A DNA stretch of 64,000 nt from Gammaproteobacteria bacterium (GTDB lineage: Bacteria; Pseudomonadota; Gammaproteobacteria; Eutrophobiales; Eutrophobiaceae): assembly GCA_965221695.1 (NCBI GenBank), contig OZ244905.1, positions 2,400,001 to 2,464,000 on the forward strand, in the 5' to 3' direction. The translations under genes and the position numbers were made by a program. A model generated the notes under the pieces. That model worked only from the letters and a program-made list of their open reading frames with translations. It was not told where the DNA came from and made no database searches. Every line of letters begins with the position of its first letter. Positions within the stretch are counted from its first letter, which is position 1. Shown here piece after piece: positions 11,669-20,907 of this stretch.

Positions 11669-12547
11669 ATGAGCTTGACCGGTCTGGAACACTATCATCG
11701 TCCGCAGCGTCTGCAGGAAGTGGCGGCGCTGTTAACGCAGTATGAGGATGAAGCGTTAATCGTCAGCGGCGGCACCTTTATCCACGGGCTGGCCGCACGC
11801 GGGCTGATTGTCAATATCAAGCGCCTGATTGATATCAACGACCTGGATTTGGCCTACATTGATAGTAACGATGAGCAACTACGCATCGGGGCCACCTGTC
11901 TGTTACGGCAATTGGAAAGCAGCCCGGATATACAACAGCAATCCAGTCTTGGCGCGATCCGGGATGCGTTGAAATACCCGCCGCCGCAGATAAAAAATGC
12001 CGCCAGTATCGGTGGCAGTGTAGCCTCAGCTTGCCCGTTTCTGGATTTGCCCATCAGTTTGCTGGCGCTCGATGCCGGCATTGTTGCGTATGGTTCGGCG
12101 GGCGCCAGAGACATTGCGCTGGAGTCCTTTTTTCTGTCATTGTTCGAAAACGCGCTTAATGAAGACGAGTTGTTGCAGGAAATCCGGGTGCCGCTGAGAC
12201 AGAACCGCGCCAGCGCGTTTGAGAAACTGGAAACCAACGCCAACGATTTGGCGATCCTGAATGCCGCGGTGGCCGTGAGCGCAAACGGTAATACCTGTAC
12301 AGACATCAAGGTATTCGTCGGCGGTGGGGTCGGGGAAGTGCCGGTGCGCGCCGTGTCCGTAGAGCAGGCCTTGGGCGGCAAGGCCATGACCCGGACCAAA
12401 ATCGAGCAGGCGGCTGCGTTGGCCAAAGAGGATGTCGACCCGTTGTCCGATCATCGCGGTTCGTCCCGTTACCGCAAGGCCATGGCAGAGGTGCTGGTGC
12501 GGCGCTGTCTGCATCGCTGCCTGGCGCAGTTGGAAATAAGTGGGTGA
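11669..12547 (+). CDS. Molybdenum hydroxylase FAD-binding subunit (CoxM/XdhB-like)
   Basis: SGGT, IKNAASIGGSV and DPLSDHRGSSRYRK motifs. Confidence 0.9.
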   Translation: MSLTGLEHYHRPQRLQEVAALLTQYEDEALIVSGGTFIHGLAARGLIVNIKRLIDINDLDLAYIDSNDEQLRIGATCLLRQLESSPDIQQQSSLGAIRDALKYPPPQIKNAASIGGSVASACPFLDLPISLLALDAGIVAYGSAGARDIALESFFLSLFENALNEDELLQEIRVPLRQNRASAFEKLETNANDLAILNAAVAVSANGNTCTDIKVFVGGGVGEVPVRAVSVEQALGGKAMTRTKIEQAAALAKEDVDPLSDHRGSSRYRKAMAEVLVRRCLHRCLAQLEISG

Positions 12548-12554
12548 GCGCAGG

Positions 12555-13016
12555 ATGAAACAACTGGTCAGTCTGAATATCAACGGTGATGTAACAGAGG
12601 TTGCCATTGAACCGGGTGCGACGCTGTTACAGGTATTACGGGATGAGCTGCGGTTGCTTGGCCCCAAGCGCGGGTGCGACACGGGGGGGTGCGGTTGTTG
12701 CACCGTGTTAATCGATGGTTGTTCCCGGTATGCATGTATGACCTATGCCCTGTCAGTTCAGGGGCGCGCCATCACCACGGTTGAAGGCTTGGCGGCCGGG
12801 GCTGACGTGAGCGCTGTTCAACAGGCTTTTGTCGACCAGGGCGCAGTACAATGCGGTTATTGCAGTTGCGGGTTTATCATGGCGGCGGAAGAATTGCTCG
12901 CACACAATAACAATCCGTCTGAGACCGAGATCAGACAAGCGATTGCGGGCAATCTGTGTCGCTGTACCGGTTATCATAAGATAGTGAAGGCTATCGGTGC
13001 GGCGGCCGGCAGGTAA
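12555..13016 (+). CDS. Molybdenum hydroxylase [2Fe-2S] subunit (CoxS-like)
   Basis: GCDTGGCGCCTV, QCGYCSCG, GNLCRCTGY. Confidence 0.95.
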   Translation: MKQLVSLNINGDVTEVAIEPGATLLQVLRDELRLLGPKRGCDTGGCGCCTVLIDGCSRYACMTYALSVQGRAITTVEGLAAGADVSAVQQAFVDQGAVQCGYCSCGFIMAAEELLAHNNNPSETEIRQAIAGNLCRCTGYHKIVKAIGAAAGR

Positions 13017-13022
13017 TTCGAT

Positions 13023-15350
13023 ATGTCCGAAGCAGCGTATATAGGCGCAAACGTTCGCAACGTCGATGCCCTTGATAAAGTCAGGGGCGGGCGGGGCTAT
13101 CCGGTCAACGTCACCTTGCCGGGCATGCTGCACGGCAAGTTGCTGCGCAGCAGTTACGCGCATGCGAGGATCCTGTCAATCGATACCACCGAGGCTGAAA
13201 AGCTGCCCGGTGTGAAAGCAATTCTGACGCCTGACGATGTGCCGAAGAAGAAATTCAATCCGATTTTTTTTATGCCGGTACAGGGACATGGCGCCAATCA
13301 CGATATGCAGGTATTGAGCGATGTCGTGCGTTATGCCGGGCAACCCGTCGCGGCCGTGGCGGCAACCTCAATCGAGATCGCCGCACAGGCGCTGGAATTG
13401 ATTGATGTCGAATACGAAGAACTGCCGGCGCTGTTCAGCGCCGCCGAGGCCATGGCCGAGGGCGCCCCGGCGCTGCATGATTACACACAGAACAATATTG
13501 CCAAGCACCCTTTCTTTGAAACCGGCGACGTGGATGCCGCGCTGGCCGACGCGGACCGTGTTTTTGAGCACAGCTACCAGACCCAGCGGGTGCATACCTG
13601 TTATATGGAACCGCGCCTGGTTGTGGTGGAATCCGATGCGACCGGCAACCTGACGGTGCACAGTTCCAACCAGCACTTGTTCGGTTTGCGCGAGAAGCTC
13701 GCGTTTGTGCTGGATATTCCGGAAAGTAAGATACGTGTTATCAAGCCGCCATATATGGGCGGTGGCTTCGGCGGCAAGTTGGACCTGGGTTATATCGAAC
13801 CGCTGGCTGCGCTGATGAGTTTGAAGACCGGCCAACCGGTCAGGTTCGAGCACAGCCGGGCCGAAGAGTTTATTACCGGTGCGAGAAACCCGGTACGGAT
13901 GGAACTCAAGACCGGGATGAAACAGGATGGGACGATTACGGCGCGCTGTGGCAAGAGCACATTTGATGCCGGCGCGTATGCGACCCACGGCTCCACCGTG
14001 ATCATGGTGCATGGGCTGTTCGGGTTCATGTACACCTATAATTGCCCGAACCGGCGCTGGGAAGGCATCTCGGTACACACCAATAATATGATCAGCGGCG
14101 GCTTTCGGGGCTACGGCGCGCCGCAGGCGGCGTTTGCGGTGGAATCGCAGTTGGATGAGATTTGTGAGGAGATGGGGCTGGACCCGCTGGAGGTCCGGAT
14201 CAGGAATACCCATAAGGAAGGCGAGCCGCATCCGGTTTTCAACCAGGCGTTTACCACTTACCGCCTCGAAGACTGCATCAGACAGGGCGCTGAACGCATC
14301 GGGTGGTCTCGCCGCACGAAGCCCAACAGCGATGCCGGCACATTGCAACGCGGACTGGGTATGGCTTGTGTGCCCACCTGGACTTCCAACTGTATCGGAC
14401 AGCCGGATTTATACGAACATTCGGGCGCGTTGGTGAAGCTGAACCCTGACGGCTCGGCGGATATTGCCACTGCCTGCATGGACATCGGCGCCGGTCAGAA
14501 CACGGTATTCTGCCAGATGGTGGCGGAAGAGCTTGGTATTCCTTTCGAGCAGGTGCGGATGAGCAATGTCGATACCGGCAACGTGCCGTTTGACGCCCCT
14601 ACCCATGCCAGTCGGGGTACTTACGCGGCCGGTGGCGCAATCAGGCAGGCTGCGGAAAATGCCAAGCAGAAAATGTTTGAGGTCGCAGCGACCATGCTGG
14701 AGGCCAATCCCCTGGACCTGGAGAGCAGGGATGGTAAGGTGTTCGTCAAAGGCAGTAAGGAAACAGCGGTAAGCATCCGGGAAGTCGCGTTTCGGGCGGA
14801 TTCCCCGTTGATACACGACACCCCCCAGGGACCGCAGCCGGATTCCACCCCGTTCCGCGGCACGATAGTCGGCATATCCAGCCTGAACCCGAACATCACT
14901 CCGATACCTTGCGGCGCAATGTTTGTGGAGGTGGCGGTTGATATTGAAACCGGCCAGGTGCAGGTTGACCACGTGGTCTATGCTCATGACATCGGGCGCG
15001 TGATCTATCCATCAGGCGCTGAAGGCCAGGTGGAAGGCGCGGTGCAGCAAGGCATAGGTTATGCGCTGATGGAACATGTTCAGTTTGACCCGGATACCGG
15101 CGCCTGCCTGACCGGCGATTTCCTTGAGTACAAGATGCCTACTGCGGTGGAGATGCCTGGCAAAATAGAATGTATCTTTATCGAATCAAATGAAGAGACC
15201 GGACCGTTCGGCGCCAAGAGTCTGGCCGAATGTTGTCTTATCGTGCCTGCGCCGGCGATTGCCAATGCGATTTATAACGCAGTCGGCGTGCGCGTCAGGG
15301 AGTTGCCGATTACGCCTGAGAAAATACTGGCTGGCCTTGGCAGGCTTTGA
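13023..15350 (+). CDS. Xanthine dehydrogenase-family molybdopterin-binding subunit
   Basis: GGGFGGK, FRGYGAPQ, GQVEGAVQQG, GPFGAKSLAE. The active-site loop is THASR, not the AYxCSFR of form I CO dehydrogenase. Confidence 0.93.
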   Translation: MSEAAYIGANVRNVDALDKVRGGRGYPVNVTLPGMLHGKLLRSSYAHARILSIDTTEAEKLPGVKAILTPDDVPKKKFNPIFFMPVQGHGANHDMQVLSDVVRYAGQPVAAVAATSIEIAAQALELIDVEYEELPALFSAAEAMAEGAPALHDYTQNNIAKHPFFETGDVDAALADADRVFEHSYQTQRVHTCYMEPRLVVVESDATGNLTVHSSNQHLFGLREKLAFVLDIPESKIRVIKPPYMGGGFGGKLDLGYIEPLAALMSLKTGQPVRFEHSRAEEFITGARNPVRMELKTGMKQDGTITARCGKSTFDAGAYATHGSTVIMVHGLFGFMYTYNCPNRRWEGISVHTNNMISGGFRGYGAPQAAFAVESQLDEICEEMGLDPLEVRIRNTHKEGEPHPVFNQAFTTYRLEDCIRQGAERIGWSRRTKPNSDAGTLQRGLGMACVPTWTSNCIGQPDLYEHSGALVKLNPDGSADIATACMDIGAGQNTVFCQMVAEELGIPFEQVRMSNVDTGNVPFDAPTHASRGTYAAGGAIRQAAENAKQKMFEVAATMLEANPLDLESRDGKVFVKGSKETAVSIREVAFRADSPLIHDTPQGPQPDSTPFRGTIVGISSLNPNITPIPCGAMFVEVAVDIETGQVQVDHVVYAHDIGRVIYPSGAEGQVEGAVQQGIGYALMEHVQFDPDTGACLTGDFLEYKMPTAVEMPGKIECIFIESNEETGPFGAKSLAECCLIVPAPAIANAIYNAVGVRVRELPITPEKILAGLGRL

Positions 15351-15368
15351 TGTATATTCTATGTCGTT

Positions 15369-15830
15369 GTGAAAATTGAAAAATCTTTTACTGTTGCCGC
15401 TGCCCGCGCAGCAGTCTGGCAGTTTATTACCTCTCCTGAAGCGGTTGCCGCCTGTATCCCCGGTTGTGAGCAGGTTGAAGATACCGGCGAGAACACGTAC
15501 CAGGCCGTCATCAGAGTAAAAATCGGCATGATTAAGGCCAGGTTTAAGGTAGACATAGAGACCCTTGAAGAATCTCCCCCTGAATTTGCCCGTTACCTGA
15601 CCCGGGGGTTCGAGGGCGGCAAGGCGAGCAGGCTAAAGGCGGAGAGCAAACTGGTGCTGACGGCACTGGATGAGGCAACAACAGAAGTCACGTACAGCTC
15701 GGAAATCAGCCTGCTCGGGCGTTTGGGCAAGTTCAGCCAGGGGATGATGAATAAGGTCGCAGATTCAATCGGTGAGAATTTTGTGCAAGCCCTGCGCAAG
15801 GAAATTGAAGTTGGCAAGGAAGCAAAATGA
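15369..15830 (+). CDS. CoxG/SRPBCC family protein
   Basis: AVWQFITSPEAVAACIPGC, GRLGKFSQGMM; position after the large subunit. Confidence 0.85.
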   Translation: MKIEKSFTVAAARAAVWQFITSPEAVAACIPGCEQVEDTGENTYQAVIRVKIGMIKARFKVDIETLEESPPEFARYLTRGFEGGKASRLKAESKLVLTALDEATTEVTYSSEISLLGRLGKFSQGMMNKVADSIGENFVQALRKEIEVGKEAK

Positions 15831-16567
15831 CAGTTGCCGCAGTGTCCCGGCAGCATCTTGCTTCCCTGAAGCAAAGCGGCGCTGCAACCATTGCCAACGT
15901 ATTGCTGATGCAGGGTTTGAAAAACACTTGCATGTCAGGATTGGCTCCGCTGCGCGCGCAACAGGAATCCTTTGCCGGTCCCGCCTATACCCTGCGCTTC
16001 ATCCCGAGTCGCGAAGACCTGGATGGCCTGGAAAATTATTCGCGCGAGGATAATCTGCATCGGCGCGCGATAGAGGAATGCCCCGCTGGCAGCGTGCTGG
16101 TGATTGATGCGATGGACTGTCTGAGCGCTTCCGTAGCGGGGGATATGATGGCGTTACGCTTGAAGATGCGCGGGGTGGTTGCGCTGGTTACTAATGGCGG
16201 GTTGCGCGATAGCGCGAGTATTATCGACGCCGGGCTGCCGGCATTTCAGCGCCGGCCTGTGACTCCGGCGACACCCATTGCATTACATCCGGTGGAACTC
16301 AACGCGCCGATAGGTTGTGGCAATGTGGCCGTTTATCCCGGTGATATAGTTGTGGGCGATGCCGATGCGTTGGTCGTGGTTCCTGCGCATCTTGCCGAAG
16401 ACACTGCAATGAAAGCGTCCGCGGCCGCCGAGTATGAAGAGTATGCCCGACAGCGCATTCGCGGGGGACGTTCCATTTTTGGGCTTTTTCCCGCGACAAA
16501 GGAAAGCCTGGCAGACTTTGACAAGTGGCAAGAGCAACAGGCTGCGCCCCCGGAGGAGCAAGTATGA
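15827..16567 (+). CDS. RraA-like / HMG-aldolase family protein
   Basis: GPAYTLRFIPSRED, GGLRD, VAVYPGDIVVGDADALVVVP. Confidence 0.85.
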   Translation: MTVAAVSRQHLASLKQSGAATIANVLLMQGLKNTCMSGLAPLRAQQESFAGPAYTLRFIPSREDLDGLENYSREDNLHRRAIEECPAGSVLVIDAMDCLSASVAGDMMALRLKMRGVVALVTNGGLRDSASIIDAGLPAFQRRPVTPATPIALHPVELNAPIGCGNVAVYPGDIVVGDADALVVVPAHLAEDTAMKASAAAEYEEYARQRIRGGRSIFGLFPATKESLADFDKWQEQQAAPPEEQV

Positions 16568-18096
16568 AATTCAACATTGACCGGATTCTCGGCGACCTTG
16601 GCATAGAGGCCGTTAATCCCGGCGCCTATTGCTCTGCCACAGGCTGGACTTCGATAAATGAGCGCGCCAGTTTCGCGGCGATAAACCCGTCCACCGAAGA
16701 GACGACCGCTCTTATAACCAGCGCTACCGAAGAAGATTATCGTCATATCGCTGACAACGCTATAGCCTGCCAGAAAGCCTGGCGCATGACTCCCGCGCCG
16801 CAACGGGGCAAGCTGGTGGCGCGCATCGGCGAGCTTATGAAGGATAAGTTGGAGGAGCTCGGCGCGATTGTCTCCATTGATACCGGCAAATCCTTGATGG
16901 AAGGCAAGGCTGAAATCAACGAGTGTATCGATATGGCCATGCTCGCGGCCGGGCAATCCCGCATGTTGTACGGCTTTGCGCAACAATCCCAGCGCGAAAA
17001 ACATAGAATGTATGATCAATGGTTGCCGCTGGGAGTCGCCGGCATCATCACCGCATACAATTTTCCTGCCGCGGTATGGGCGCAGAATGGTTTCCTGTCA
17101 GCTATCTGCGGCAACACCGTCATCTGGAAGCCCAGCCCCAAAGTTCCTCTGACAGCCTTGGCCTTACAGCGTTTGGCCAACCAGGCGATGCAGGATACCG
17201 GATCAGACGGTGTGTTTTCGCTGTTTATCCCGCAAGATAATGCGCTTGCCAACCGGCTGCTGGAGGACCGCCGCATTGCGCTGGTGTCATTCACGGGGTC
17301 CAGCGCGGTGGGCAAACACGTAGCTGCCGTGGTGGCTGAAACTCCTGGACGCCGCTGCCTGCTCGAGTGTTCCGGAAATAACGGCTGCATTATCGATGAA
17401 ACAGCAGACTTGAAACTGGCGGCCCGTTCTGTCACCTTCGGCGCGGTGGGGACTACGGGGCAGCGTTGCACCAGTACCCGACGTTGCATTGTTCATAAGG
17501 ATGCGGCCGAAAAATTTGTGGACTACCTGGCCAGGTCATTCTCACAAATCACCCTGGGAGACCCGCGTGAGGAAGCTGCGCTGGTCGGGCCGCTGATAGA
17601 TCCAAAAGCCATAGATGATTTTGCCGCCACAATCGCCGCGGCAGTCGAAGCGGGCGGAAAAGTGGTTTATGGCGGCAAGCGGCTTGAACGCCCCGGTTAT
17701 TTCGTCGAACCGACCATCATCACCGGTTGCGACCCTGACTGGCCTTGTGTGCAGGAGGAGACCTTTGCGCCCATTGTATTTGTCATGACGTATCAGTCAT
17801 TGGATGAGGCCATTGCCATTCATAATAATGTCGCCCAGGGCCTGGCCTCCGGCATACACAGCAGCAATGTCTTTCATATTGAACAGTTCCTGTCCGCCGC
17901 CGGCAGCGACTGTGGCATCGCCAAGGTCAATATGGGAACAACCGGGGCAGACGTAGGCGCCGCTTTTGGCGGAGAGAAAGAAACCGGTGGCGGACGCACT
18001 GCCGGGTCAGATGCCTGGAAAGGCTATATGCGCCGGCAGAGCGTGTGCATCAACTGGAGCAGCGCCTCTCCCTGGGACAGGATTATCGAGCTGTAA
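16564..18096 (+). CDS. Aldehyde dehydrogenase, ALDH7/piperideine-6-carboxylate dehydrogenase-like
   Basis: PAPQRG, ITAYNFP, SFTGS, GTTGQRCTSTRR, AFGGEKETGGGR..GSDAWK.YMRRQ. Confidence 0.88.
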   Translation: MKFNIDRILGDLGIEAVNPGAYCSATGWTSINERASFAAINPSTEETTALITSATEEDYRHIADNAIACQKAWRMTPAPQRGKLVARIGELMKDKLEELGAIVSIDTGKSLMEGKAEINECIDMAMLAAGQSRMLYGFAQQSQREKHRMYDQWLPLGVAGIITAYNFPAAVWAQNGFLSAICGNTVIWKPSPKVPLTALALQRLANQAMQDTGSDGVFSLFIPQDNALANRLLEDRRIALVSFTGSSAVGKHVAAVVAETPGRRCLLECSGNNGCIIDETADLKLAARSVTFGAVGTTGQRCTSTRRCIVHKDAAEKFVDYLARSFSQITLGDPREEAALVGPLIDPKAIDDFAATIAAAVEAGGKVVYGGKRLERPGYFVEPTIITGCDPDWPCVQEETFAPIVFVMTYQSLDEAIAIHNNVAQGLASGIHSSNVFHIEQFLSAAGSDCGIAKVNMGTTGADVGAAFGGEKETGGGRTAGSDAWKGYMRRQSVCINWSSASPWDRIIEL

Positions 18097-18111
18097 GCGA
18101 AGCATGCTCTA

Positions 18112-18206
18112 CCTGAATAGCTCAGATATGGTTCGCCCCGGTATTGCAAGCGTAAGGGTAGCCCGAATATCTCAGATATGGTTCACACCGGTATTGCAAG
18201 CGTAAG
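18112..18206. repeat. Two-copy tandem direct repeat, period 50 bp
   Basis: gaatag/t-CTCAGATATGGTTC(gcc/aca)CCGGTATTGCAAGCGTAAG occurs at 18121-18156 and 18171-18206. Confidence 0.85.
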
Positions 18207-18297
18207 ATTTGCATTGGCAAAGTAGGCATTGCGGCACGGGAAAGTGATCTTTGATCAGTCCCGATAAGCTTATTCGGAGGTTTCCCAGACAGCGTAA

Positions 18298-18936
18298 TCA
18301 ATAAGGCAGGTCCGCCAGCTTGTTCAGATGGTGCCTGATCGCGGCAACTGCGGCTTTTTTGTCCGATTCCATAACGGCATCCAATATCGCCTCATGTTCG
18401 CTTTGTACTTCCTGCAATTTCTCCGGGCCGGTAATCATTAAAAACCACAGCGGGTTGGATCGCTGCTTGAGGAAGTTGGCCAGTTCAACAAGAACAGGAT
18501 TTTGGCTGGCCTCCGCTAAAATGCCATGGAATTCATGATCGATTCTCATCAATTCCTTGCGATTATTTTTTTTCACGTAGGCGCGACCTTGCTCCATCAG
18601 TGATTTCATGTGATTGACCTGGGCAACCGTCGCATGGGTCGCGGCAAGTCTGACGACCTCGGCTTCAATCACCAGGCGAACATGGATCAACTGCTTCAAC
18701 TCTTCTGTCGACCACCCGGAGATGATCATCCCTTTACGGGGTATGACCTCAATGAGACGGTCCCGTTGCAGATTGGAGAGTGCGCTGCGTATCGGTGAGC
18801 GGCCAAAGTTAACCAGTTCACACAGCTCGGCCTCGGTGTACAGTTTACCCAGGCTCAACTCGGAGTTGAGAATTTTCCATTTAAGCGCTTCGTAGGCCAG
18901 CGCGCTTTGTGATGCTTTTTTTCCTGACATCGCCAT
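18298..18936 (-). CDS. GntR-family (FCD) transcriptional regulator
   Basis: wHTH GRSPIRSAL..PRKG; FCD motifs DHEFH, NPVL, EHEAILDA. Confidence 0.92.
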   Translation of the reverse strand: MAMSGKKASQSALAYEALKWKILNSELSLGKLYTEAELCELVNFGRSPIRSALSNLQRDRLIEVIPRKGMIISGWSTEELKQLIHVRLVIEAEVVRLAATHATVAQVNHMKSLMEQGRAYVKKNNRKELMRIDHEFHGILAEASQNPVLVELANFLKQRSNPLWFLMITGPEKLQEVQSEHEAILDAVMESDKKAAVAAIRHHLNKLADLPY

Positions 18937-19046
18937 GATGTTTCAATTCCTGACGTTAAGAGCTTCCGGCTGGCGTCTTGCAGTCATTTCCATGTTCATG
19001 TGTGTATCATGCCCTCCCGGAGATTACAAGACGCAGGAGTCAAGGG

Positions 19047-20051
19047 TCAGAATCCCTTGCGTGTCAAAAATTCATCGTGTCGGGCAAAATCGTATTCAGG
19101 CAGAAAAAACTCTTCCGGTGGCAGTGGTCCCCACTGTGTGGTTTCGTCAGCCGTGCCGGTGAAATAGACCGGCTGGTAGGAGGCATTGACCTTATCCGTA
19201 TCGGTATAATGCTCTATGCGATTGCCAAACGGATCAAACCAGTAATCGTAAATCAGGCTGCCCAGGTAATGGCGCCCGTAGCCGACATCCAACTGCCAAC
19301 CCTTGGACAGCAGGTAGTCGTGGGCGCTGGCAACCGCGTCAAAATCACACATCTCAAAAGAAGTATGGTGACAGCCGATGCGAGGGGCGCCGCTCACCAG
19401 CAGTACGTGATGGTCGACGAACTCATCGCCCCGGTCAAACCGCAAAAATGTGGCCAGCACGTTATCGGCATTGCCGGGTTCACAAATATGATCTGAAGCA
19501 AGCAGGCCAAAATACTCCATATACCATTCAACATCATCCTGCTGTTTGAGTGTATAGGGAACCAGGTGCCCGAGTTTATTGACCAGGCCGGGTTCGTGGC
19601 GGCTGGGCCGGAGATTGGTATTGAAGCGGCGCTTCCTGTCCATGAAGTTGAGTTCATACGACTCGCGTAAAGGCAGTTCATCCACCGGTTTCATCCCATG
19701 CGCGACGTCCACATGAAACCCACCTGGTGTGACCAGGCGCACTCGCTTGCCGCCGGCCGGCCCGTCTATATCTTCCACAGCAGACGCGCCGGGCACTTTC
19801 GCTGCCGCATGTAAATCATCCTCAGTTGCGGCCTCGAAGGTGTAACTGATGATTTTGTTTTGCGAACTCTGTTTCGCCACATAGATATAAGGTATGGAAG
19901 AGGCGCCGCGAAAATACACACTGTCGCTGGTCCGATATGCCGGAACCATGCCGAAATCAGTTAAAAACGTTTCCATCAGGGCAAGGTCAGGAACACCCAT
20001 GGTAACGTAGGCAATTTGTTTGCAAGCAATCATCGTTTTACCAGAAATCAT
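19047..20051 (-). CDS. VOC-family extradiol-dioxygenase-like protein (trihydroxytoluene oxygenase-like)
   Basis: Two VOC domains; KLGH, DHH, HHTSFE, GRHYLGSLIYDYWFDPFGNRIEHYTD. Confidence 0.85.
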   Translation of the reverse strand: MISGKTMIACKQIAYVTMGVPDLALMETFLTDFGMVPAYRTSDSVYFRGASSIPYIYVAKQSSQNKIISYTFEAATEDDLHAAAKVPGASAVEDIDGPAGGKRVRLVTPGGFHVDVAHGMKPVDELPLRESYELNFMDRKRRFNTNLRPSRHEPGLVNKLGHLVPYTLKQQDDVEWYMEYFGLLASDHICEPGNADNVLATFLRFDRGDEFVDHHVLLVSGAPRIGCHHTSFEMCDFDAVASAHDYLLSKGWQLDVGYGRHYLGSLIYDYWFDPFGNRIEHYTDTDKVNASYQPVYFTGTADETTQWGPLPPEEFFLPEYDFARHDEFLTRKGF

Positions 20052-20150
20052 AATTCCGGAGAGACTATGCCCAAGTCCATTCCCGGCTCAAGCACGGAAC
20101 AGACCCCGGTCTGGTGAGCGCATCGGAAAACCAGTGCGACACTGTATCCA

Positions 20151-20178
20151 GGAAACTCTGACTCAATCACAGAGTTCC
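20151..20178. repeat. Degenerate palindromic repeat-family member
   Basis: GGAAACTCTG-actcaatca-CAGAGTTCC. Confidence 0.6.
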
Positions 20179-20344
20179 TGAGCGAAGTAAATATACCACA
20201 CTCCAAACCGTTATGATCAGGGTGCGGCGTAAGCCGATTAGGTGTAGGCGACATTCGGGCTTACCGACGAGCGCATGCGAAAAATCCTGGCTGAGTGCTG
20301 TAATATACTTGCGAAATAACAAAAAACTTCTCAGGATTTCTGTT

Positions 20345-20530
20345 ATGAAATCAGCAATCATTATTCACGCAGCAGAAGAAGGCGGCTACTGGGCTGAGGT
20401 TCCTTCTATTCCTGGCTGTGTCACACAGGGTGATACCATTGAAGAACTGTCATTTAACCTGAGGGAAGCTGTAGATGGATGCTTTGACGTTCTTGCAGAG
20501 AATATAAAAACTATTGTGGAACAGGAATAG
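20345..20530 (+). CDS. HicB-family antitoxin (no adjacent HicA)
   Basis: IIHAAEEGGYWAEVPSIPGCVTQGDTIEEL..NLREAV. Confidence 0.85.
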   Translation: MKSAIIIHAAEEGGYWAEVPSIPGCVTQGDTIEELSFNLREAVDGCFDVLAENIKTIVEQE

Positions 20531-20907
20531 CGTGAATTTGACTAAGTTTGCTCTTTATCGATAAATTCGTCTTTAGCCTTACTCAACCGGAGGCTAGGCA
20601 GTTCGCCCGCTGCCCGGATTCTGAATGAAAATTCCTCCCTCTTTTAGCCCGGAATATCTCAAAGCTCGGTATCGTTGGCGCATTTGGCCTGTTTGGCGTA
20701 TTTTTGAAGCGCTGATATAGCCTTCAAAATCATCCTCAAAGGGGTATGCCCGTGCTTCAAAGGTAACTGATTGATTTTATTGAATACGTGCTGGCCCGTA
20801 GGCACTACAACGGTTTCTTCTGACGCCCGCGTTGATAAATAAGGAGTTTTCAAATAAATTGCGCTCTAAAACCGTCGTAGTCGGGACAGATGGTATAATT
20901 AACCAGG

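Noticed and set aside
11669-15830. Aerobic CO dehydrogenase coxMSL(G)
   Set aside because: The large subunit lacks the AYxCSFR loop, and coxDEF are absent.
18112-18206. Mini CRISPR array
   Set aside because: Only two copies, a 14-nt spacer that is itself partly repeated, and no cas genes.
20659-20853. 64-aa ORF as the missing HicA toxin
   Set aside because: Wrong strand for a hicAB operon and no GSH-type HicA motif.
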